Part shown: positions 46,535 through 52,958 of the stretch, in pieces
How positions within the stretch are numbered: the stretch's first letter is position 1
How the letters are laid out: each line of letters opens with the position of its first letter
Source: a virus
Lineage: Duplodnaviria; Caudoviricetes
Strand: one strand, 5' to 3'
IMG/VR virus record: IMGVR_UViG_3300025134_000002
Span: 1 to 52,958 of that record
DNA: 52,958 bases
Made by a program: the position numbers and the translations under genes
The notes under the pieces: model-generated
Told to the model about the DNA's origin: nothing
The model's database searches: none
The model's input: the letters and a program-made list of their open reading frames with translations, nothing else

Positions 46535-49189
46535 ATGGCTAATCCTGGAACACTCATCTCTAGTTCAACGCTGCCAGCTGGCGGTGCTCCCTGGGGAGCG
46601 CACGATGTCCAAAGACATCTATTTCAGCTGTCGGATCTTTATTACCTAGCCCTATGGTCCAGTGGGACCAACTTGTACCGCAGTCACTCCGCAACCGGCG
46701 CATCTTGGGCAACGCCTACCAGCATTATCGCTACCCCAGCGACGACGCTCCCCCACTGTATCGCCCTCAAGAGCGCCAATGTCATCAGCATCTTCTATCT
46801 CAGTGGCGCGCAACTCTATGAGATTCAGATCACCTGGAACGCCTCGACGCATGCCGTCACGTCCACGATCATCACACCGAGCCGCGCCCTTCCCGCCAAT
46901 GTCGTCATGCCCACCTACATCGACGGCGTCTGGGATGCGACGCGTTCGGTCTGGCACATCGTCTACGCCGCCACGACCACCACGAGCGCCCTCCACAACA
47001 TCTTTCTCAATGCGTTCAGCGATGGCACGGCAAGCGTTGCGCCCACCGTCCAGTGGGCCGCCTACCCGGTCATCTCAACCTACGCCGCAGTCAACGTCGG
47101 CGGACTCGGCGTATCCGCTTCCAAGCGCCTCAGAATCCTGCTCTCCGGCGCGAAGATCTACCTCACCTACGGCAGCGATTCGGGCACGGGAACGATACTC
47201 CTTCCCATCACGGTGGGCACCTCGTCCTATGCGGTTGGTGTGCCGGAGGTAGCCTACGCGGTCGGTTGCGAGCACACCTCCGAGTTCGACATCAACGGCA
47301 ACGTCGATCTGGTGCTATTTGACCCCAGTGGAAGCGGCTACGGTGTGCAAGGTTCTGCCGGCGTCTGGAGCGGCGGTTCGACCAATCAACCATCAGTTGT
47401 TACCCGTAAGAGGAGTGGGAACAATTTATATTCGTCGATTTCCTCGCTCTACGGGAACACGGTCACTACCACCGTGCATCCCGGCACGGCCTATAACGCG
47501 GCCACCGGCGACCTCTACGTCTTCCACGAAGTCACGGCTTTCCAGAGCAATGGTGAGATTTACGAGGAGGCACGGGCCAGCGGCCTGCTAATCGCCGCTC
47601 AAAACATCGCAGGCGGCGACGCAGGCGGCTACAGCCACGTTTCTGTGGCAAAGAACACGGATTCCAGCGGCAATGCCGCCATTCTCTACGTTACCGGAAT
47701 CGCGGCTCCTTATAGCCTCTATTTTTACAAGGTCACGGGCACTGGGAGCGTGCCGAGCACGCCGGTCAATACCGCGCCCGCGAACGCCGCCGCGACCAGT
47801 ACCACGCCGTCGTTTGCCTGGACCTATGGTAACCCAGTCGCCAGCGATGTCCAGCTCGCGTATGACCTCCGCGTGACCAGAGTCTCGGATAGCGTCGTCA
47901 TGTGGCGCTCCGGCAAGGTCACAAGCGCCCTCTCATCCGGCATCGTCTACGGCGCGGTGAGCAATACCGGCGATGGGAACTACGTGGCGCCGGCGACGCT
48001 CGTCACCGGCATCCAGTACAACTTCCAGATCATCACGTACGACACCGCGAAGAACCTCGCAAGCCCACTCTCAGCCGCCACGACCTTCACGCCGGCAGCA
48101 GCACCGACTACTGCCGTCACCGCCATTATCACCGCGCCCGACGGCACGCTCTCCAGCAGCCCGAGCGCGATTACGACCAATGTGCTGGACATCCAGTTCA
48201 CCTACACGCAGACGAGCGGCAATGCAGGCGACCAGTGGCAGTGGACGCTCTACGACGTGACCGGCACCACGCAGATTGCGCAGAGCGCGTGGATTCCACT
48301 GGCCATGGCCTCGGGCAACACCTATACGAGCGCGGACCAGACCATATCGCAGTTCATTACCGCGACGAATTATCAGCTCGTGGTTACGGTGCGGGATGGA
48401 ACGACGCTCCTGACCGGTGCCTCCGCGCAGTGGCAGATCAACGTCGCCTTTGCGCCGCCCGGCATCGCCACCGGCCTCACGGTCGTCAATCAAGACGATC
48501 TCGGCTACATGCAGCTTGCTTGGACGAATGGCGCAAATACCGCCAGCGTCAATGTCCTGACGCGGCCCAGTGGTACTTCAGCGTGGGTTACCATCCCGGC
48601 ACCGGCCGGCGCGGCTCAGCCGCTTACCTCGCTCAAGGTGTTCGCCTACGTCAATCAGTCCTATGACTACGGCATCCAGACGGTGAGCGCCCTTGGTGCG
48701 ACCGCGGCGATTACCATCTACACCAACACCAAGCTCGGCCTCAAGGCGGGCGGCATGTGCGGGCACTGGTACAACCTCTCCACCGACCCACTGGGCACGA
48801 GCGTAGCCTTCGGCGGCGTGGTCGACTGGACCAGCGTCTCTCAGTGGACGCACGTCGAGGATGCGGCGCGTGCACTGCCACAAGGTCGCTCCGAACCCAT
48901 TACCAGTTATGGCCTGGCTGATTTCTGGACGGCGATCGGCCGCAAATACTGGATTCCACAAAACGACCTGTGGAGCACGCCGACGCTCGCCAGTACGGTG
49001 CTGGCCACCATTCAGAAGATCAGCCTATCACACGTCGAGGCGCTGCACCGCGACCCGACCGGCAACTACCGCTACGTGCTGGTGGAGAACTTTCAGCCCG
49101 AGGTCGCTGATGCGTTTCATTCAGTCATTACGATGGATCTTCACGGGAGCGGAAACACTATCCTACCCGTGATCCTTTCGGCGCTGTAG
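46535..49189 (+). CDS. minor tail protein with Ig/FN3-like modules, distal-tail-like C-terminus
   Basis: Thr/Ser/Ala/Gly-rich; PSTPV..P..TTPSFAWTY; after tape measure. Confidence 0.75.
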   Translation: MANPGTLISSSTLPAGGAPWGAHDVQRHLFQLSDLYYLALWSSGTNLYRSHSATGASWATPTSIIATPATTLPHCIALKSANVISIFYLSGAQLYEIQITWNASTHAVTSTIITPSRALPANVVMPTYIDGVWDATRSVWHIVYAATTTTSALHNIFLNAFSDGTASVAPTVQWAAYPVISTYAAVNVGGLGVSASKRLRILLSGAKIYLTYGSDSGTGTILLPITVGTSSYAVGVPEVAYAVGCEHTSEFDINGNVDLVLFDPSGSGYGVQGSAGVWSGGSTNQPSVVTRKRSGNNLYSSISSLYGNTVTTTVHPGTAYNAATGDLYVFHEVTAFQSNGEIYEEARASGLLIAAQNIAGGDAGGYSHVSVAKNTDSSGNAAILYVTGIAAPYSLYFYKVTGTGSVPSTPVNTAPANAAATSTTPSFAWTYGNPVASDVQLAYDLRVTRVSDSVVMWRSGKVTSALSSGIVYGAVSNTGDGNYVAPATLVTGIQYNFQIITYDTAKNLASPLSAATTFTPAAAPTTAVTAIITAPDGTLSSSPSAITTNVLDIQFTYTQTSGNAGDQWQWTLYDVTGTTQIAQSAWIPLAMASGNTYTSADQTISQFITATNYQLVVTVRDGTTLLTGASAQWQINVAFAPPGIATGLTVVNQDDLGYMQLAWTNGANTASVNVLTRPSGTSAWVTIPAPAGAAQPLTSLKVFAYVNQSYDYGIQTVSALGATAAITIYTNTKLGLKAGGMCGHWYNLSTDPLGTSVAFGGVVDWTSVSQWTHVEDAARALPQGRSEPITSYGLADFWTAIGRKYWIPQNDLWSTPTLASTVLATIQKISLSHVEALHRDPTGNYRYVLVENFQPEVADAFHSVITMDLHGSGNTILPVILSAL

Positions 49190-49191
49190 CC

Positions 49192-51390
49192 ATGCAGAGC
49201 ACTACAATCGCCGCGCAGCACAACCCGGCTGGTTTTTCCGGTACCCAGGTAGCCAACGTCATCAACCGAGTAGGAGGCTCGGCAGTAACCGAGTCCTTCC
49301 GCATCCAGGTCGTCAACCCCTTGACGCTCAATCCTGTCAACCTCGGATCGTGGGGGACTGCCGGCGCCGATATCACCGCGCTGACGGTGGACAATGACAC
49401 CACGCAGGGCGTGCATCGCAGCCTTTCCATGACGCTGCGCGAGCCTTCGCTGACGGATCTGAATCCGCTCCTTCACGCCATCCAGATTTGGTGGCAGTAC
49501 TATTCGAACGACGGCAAGACGCTCTTCTTCGAGGCCTGCATCGGTACCTTCCTGATTAAGGGATTTCAGAGAACGCTGACCGATGCCGTCAACTGGTGGC
49601 AGCTCTCGGGCCTCGACCATACCGTCCTCTTTTCGCAGATCAATTTCCTCAACGGGTTCGCCATCCCGCAAGGCACGCTCTTCACGATCATGGCGAATAC
49701 GATGCTGATGCAGGACGCGACGCCGCAGAGCTTCGGCGGCCGGCTCCTGGGCAAATCCTCAATCTCCGCCTTCCCCGTTAACATACTTCCCACAGAGCCC
49801 GCGCCGACCGTCGCGCTCGTTGCGGGCGGATCGCTTGCGGCTGCGACCTGGAATTACGGGTACACCTATACGACACCGCTGGGGCAGACGTCACTCAGCA
49901 CGGTCTCGGCAAATATCACGACGTCGGGCACCAACCTCTCGGTTGCCGTGTCGGCCATACCGGCGCTTCCAGCGGGTACGTCGGGCGTCAATATCTACCG
50001 CCGTCAGGGCACCGGCGCCTATGGCCTGGTGCAGGCGCAGGCAACAAACGCGAATTGGACCGATATCGGGGCAACGGCCGGCGTAGCCCCTCCTGCCGGA
50101 GATAGCTACGCCTACTACGTCGTTATGCCCGGTGACGGCGCACGCTTCTCGGTCGGTGCGAAAGTTTTGTTCACCTATACCACCCCGATACCGGCACCGT
50201 CTACGGCACCGACCGCAACGATCACGGCAGGCGGAGTCCTAGGCGTCTACGGGTTCGAATATCAGGTAACCTTCCTCACTTCAGCCGGCGAGACAACAGC
50301 GGGCCCAACGACCGTCGAGCGCGATATCAGCGGCAGCGGGCAGAACGCGATCGCACTAACCAACATCCCGACCAGCATGTTCTCGCAGGTCATCGGACGC
50401 CGCATCTACGGGTCGCAGGCACCTTACGGCGGTCCCTTTGCCACCTGGAACATCGTCACTACTATCAACGACAATACGACGACGGCGTATACGGACTATG
50501 GCGCGTGGCAAAAATCCAACGTTGCTCAGCCCCCGCCGACGACGAACACGACGCCCGGCGGCACTGAGACGCTCACCATTGCCGCTATCGGCGGTGACTA
50601 TATCGCGTTCACCACGACTCCGATCGCCGCCCATGCCATGGGCGACATTATCACGACCATCTGGCCGGATGCGCATAATCCGGGCGCAACGCCGGCAGGT
50701 CTGGACGACAACGGCCCAAACATCCCCGCCTCACGGATCGCCATAACGCCGTCGACGCTCTCCACGACAGCGCCGCTCATCTATGACCGCAAGGCGAACA
50801 AGCTCGCGACCTTCAACGCCATCACAGCGGCGTTCAACTACTGGCCACTCTGGTTTGACGAGGTGGCCGTTGCCCGCCTCCAACCGCAGCCCTACTTCTC
50901 AGCAGCATTGCCCGCTATCGGTTGGACGTACCACACCGATCAGAACAGCGTCATCATCCCACCGACGCAGCAGGTCATCGATTTCTCAAAGCTCTGGAAT
51001 GTGGTCGTGGTGGAGTGTGAGCCGGCAGGCGGCGGCGCGCCATTCGTCAGCATCAAGGCCAACATGTCACAGCGGAGCATGATCAGCCTACCGATCTACG
51101 GTCAGGCTCAAGACCGCTACGTCAGTGATAACGCAATACCAGACCAAGCGAGCGCGGACCTACGCGCGTTCCTGGAGCTCCAAGCCGGTGCTCTTGCGGC
51201 AGACGTTGTTACCTTCCAAACCGTCATAAATCCACTCACGCAGTCCCATGATGTCTACGATTTTTCTGTCACACGGCAAGGAGTCGTCGAGATCACGAGT
51301 GCTGGGCTTCCTTATCTTGAGGAAGCCTGGACGATCGATGCAATTGCGCGACAAATGACGCATCGTTGCGGCCACGCGATTCCTGTATGA
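49192..51390 (+). CDS. tail tip/hub protein with inserted beta domains
   Basis: RSLSMTL..IGTFLI..GLDH N-terminus; LWFDE..WNVVVVE..NP..DVY C-terminus. Confidence 0.7.
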   Translation: MQSTTIAAQHNPAGFSGTQVANVINRVGGSAVTESFRIQVVNPLTLNPVNLGSWGTAGADITALTVDNDTTQGVHRSLSMTLREPSLTDLNPLLHAIQIWWQYYSNDGKTLFFEACIGTFLIKGFQRTLTDAVNWWQLSGLDHTVLFSQINFLNGFAIPQGTLFTIMANTMLMQDATPQSFGGRLLGKSSISAFPVNILPTEPAPTVALVAGGSLAAATWNYGYTYTTPLGQTSLSTVSANITTSGTNLSVAVSAIPALPAGTSGVNIYRRQGTGAYGLVQAQATNANWTDIGATAGVAPPAGDSYAYYVVMPGDGARFSVGAKVLFTYTTPIPAPSTAPTATITAGGVLGVYGFEYQVTFLTSAGETTAGPTTVERDISGSGQNAIALTNIPTSMFSQVIGRRIYGSQAPYGGPFATWNIVTTINDNTTTAYTDYGAWQKSNVAQPPPTTNTTPGGTETLTIAAIGGDYIAFTTTPIAAHAMGDIITTIWPDAHNPGATPAGLDDNGPNIPASRIAITPSTLSTTAPLIYDRKANKLATFNAITAAFNYWPLWFDEVAVARLQPQPYFSAALPAIGWTYHTDQNSVIIPPTQQVIDFSKLWNVVVVECEPAGGGAPFVSIKANMSQRSMISLPIYGQAQDRYVSDNAIPDQASADLRAFLELQAGALAADVVTFQTVINPLTQSHDVYDFSVTRQGVVEITSAGLPYLEEAWTIDAIARQMTHRCGHAIPV

Positions 51391-51409
51391 CGTCTTCTGA
51401 GTAAAGGCG

Positions 51410-51499
51410 CAGGTAGGCAATGGCGGCTTTCAGTCGCTCAGGGTCATCGCGGAATGACCCAAGCCCGACATTGCACAGCATGCCACGTACTCTGTGACG
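51410..51499 (-). pseudogene. endonuclease VII-like remnant
   Basis: VRGMLCNVGLGSFRDDPERLKAAIAYL, lacking the DH motif and one Cys of CxxC. Confidence 0.6.
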
Positions 51500-51547
51500 C
51501 TCAAACTTTGGCGTCTGCAAGCCAATTCTACCACGAGGATAATCTAC

Positions 51548-51754
51548 ATGCCAGCTATAGAGAACACCACCCTGTCCATCAAAGTTCATCTCGATACAGA
51601 CGAGGCGCTGCGGAAGGTCGCGGAGATCCGGAGAGCGCTCGGGCGAGTGCTCACATTAGCTCAAGCCTGCACGTCGAACGGCTACCTGTCCGGCATCAAG
51701 TGCCCGCACTGCGCGCAGTGGTTTAATCCGACGCAACCACAGGAACTGGCCTAG
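51548..51754 (+). CDS. small protein with CPHC motif
   Basis: GAGGA RBS. Confidence 0.5.
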   Translation: MPAIENTTLSIKVHLDTDEALRKVAEIRRALGRVLTLAQACTSNGYLSGIKCPHCAQWFNPTQPQELA

Positions 51755-51784
51755 GAATCTCCGCTAGCGCTCGCCATCTACCCA

Positions 51785-52015
51785 TCACTTGCTGCGCGGC
51801 TGCCAAGCACGATCCAGCTGCAACTGCATCAGAGATTCTTCCATGCGGATCAGGTGTTTGAACACCGCGCCTAGATCCTGCATCGGCGCATAGATAGTCG
51901 TATGATAATCGCCGTCCTCATGCGACAGAGTGAGCACCATTTCGCCGTCTGCAAGACCTATCGTCAGATCAACTGTGCGTCTATTGCCGTCGTGTGCCGT
52001 AACGTGCTCGACCAT
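51785..52015 (-). CDS. antisense small hypothetical protein, probably leaderless
   Basis: TATACT 7 nt before ATG. Confidence 0.5.
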   Translation of the reverse strand: MVEHVTAHDGNRRTVDLTIGLADGEMVLTLSHEDGDYHTTIYAPMQDLGAVFKHLIRMEESLMQLQLDRAWQPRSK

Positions 52016-52041
52016 CACTCCCAGTATAGAGGGGAACCTAC

Positions 52042-52710
52042 ATGGCCGGTCCTGGCAATCTTCCCGTTGGCGCTGAACCAGATAACGTCGGAACGCCGGT
52101 TCCTCACGGACCACCGCGGTATCTCGGACCGCCGACGAAAAGCCACCTCGCACAGGTCGGGCCGTACGTGGAAAAGAAGTTTCTGCCACAGCTCCATCCC
52201 TGGAGACGCGGCACACTCATAACGCAGGGTCCCACAGCGACAACCGTCCTGGTCGCGGGCGTGGGCGAGCAGGTGGCGGACGGCTATCCCTACGACGTGC
52301 TCTGCACCTATAGCTCACCAACGGTCGGAGCACTGGGCGGACCGCGAGTGGGCGATGATCTGCACATGGGTCACACCGGGACTGAGAAGCAGTACATCGC
52401 GGGCTACTTCCCCAAGAAAGGGACTATTCCTGCCCCACTCGTCATCCCGCACCTCGAACACGGCACGGTGTCTGCAACGGTCACGAGTGGCAACTGGGTG
52501 AGTCAATCCGTCACCTTTGGCACGTCATTCCTCACTGCCCCGAGCGTGACGGCGACGGTCGTGACAACGGTCTTACAAGTGACGACGGCAGGCGCCAGTA
52601 CGCAGGCCATCACCATTAGCCGGAGCACCACCGGCGCGGTCATCGGACTCTATAACCCGACCGGTGCTTCGCTGATTATCACCGCTGATTGGATCGCCGT
52701 AGGAATTTGA
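52042..52710 (+). CDS. tail fibre/tip protein with C-terminal beta-sandwich (H-type-lectin-like)
   Basis: EHGTV..VTFGTSFLTAPSVTAT..DWIAVG; GAGGGG RBS. Confidence 0.65.
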   Translation: MAGPGNLPVGAEPDNVGTPVPHGPPRYLGPPTKSHLAQVGPYVEKKFLPQLHPWRRGTLITQGPTATTVLVAGVGEQVADGYPYDVLCTYSSPTVGALGGPRVGDDLHMGHTGTEKQYIAGYFPKKGTIPAPLVIPHLEHGTVSATVTSGNWVSQSVTFGTSFLTAPSVTATVVTTVLQVTTAGASTQAITISRSTTGAVIGLYNPTGASLIITADWIAVGI

Positions 52711-52725
52711 TGTTACGCCGGCCTC

Positions 52726-52958
52726 TTACATCGCAGGTCGTGCCGGAGTCGGCGTGCAGGGATAGATGCCGCACCGCAAGTCGATGGTTGGCACGGTTGC
52801 TACCGGCGTCCACGTCGGCACGGCGGTTGCTGTCGGGCGAATCGATGTTGCCGCGATCCTGACCTTCGCACCGATGGTCGCCGTCGCTCGGACACGAAAG
52901 CTCAGGAATCCCGCGCCGTGACTCGCCGCTGGCTGTGTGGCCAGAACCACAGTGATCG
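52726..52958 (-). CDS. partial convergent ORF, Thr/Pro/Ala-rich
   Basis: Open toward the window edge. Confidence 0.35.
   Translation of the reverse strand, partial: ITVVLATQPAASHGAGFLSFRVRATATIGAKVRIAATSIRPTATAVPTWTPVATVPTIDLRCGIYPCTPTPARPAM

Noticed and set aside
40500-51160. Numerous overlapping ORFs within tape measure and tail genes
   Set aside because: Shadow ORFs expected at high GC; no RBS or recognisable motifs.
1-52958. Stop-codon reassignment
   Set aside because: Core genes are intact under the standard code, and TAA, TAG and TGA all terminate genes.

Overview
This GC-rich window is most of a temperate-type, long-tailed (siphovirus-like) phage or prophage genome. 1-11.4 kb is a leftward early/replication operon: a DUF6745-like protein with a 35 x 12-nt internal repeat and its His-rich partner, DnaB helicase, a replication initiator containing a likely origin, an HNH fusion, an annealing-like protein and a ParB-like/N4-N6 methylase. 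11.1-12.4 kb is a Cro/repressor/ImmA switch. 12.8-16.8 kb holds rightward genes, including a sigma-region-4-like activator and a secreted 3D-domain protein. 16.8-20.6 kb is a leftward block of small genes with its own sigma70 promoters. 20.7-52.7 kb is the late operon (RusA, ParB-like, C5 methylase, TerS/TerL, portal, scaffold, capsid, neck, tail tube, chaperones, tape measure, tail tip). The strongest result is a complete group I intron (31192-31864) carrying a LAGLIDADG endonuclease that splits the major capsid gene; the ORF track misses it. Other observations: the two-position combinatorial repeat in the DUF6745-like gene, small antisense genes sharing a TATACTGG -10 motif inside the structural operon, a duplicated TGTCCCC promoter motif, an apparently inactivated second terminase nuclease domain, and a -1 frameshift site in the tail chaperone. 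No integrase, tRNA, CRISPR array or reverse transcriptase was seen. All family names come from motif recognition by eye, not database searches.
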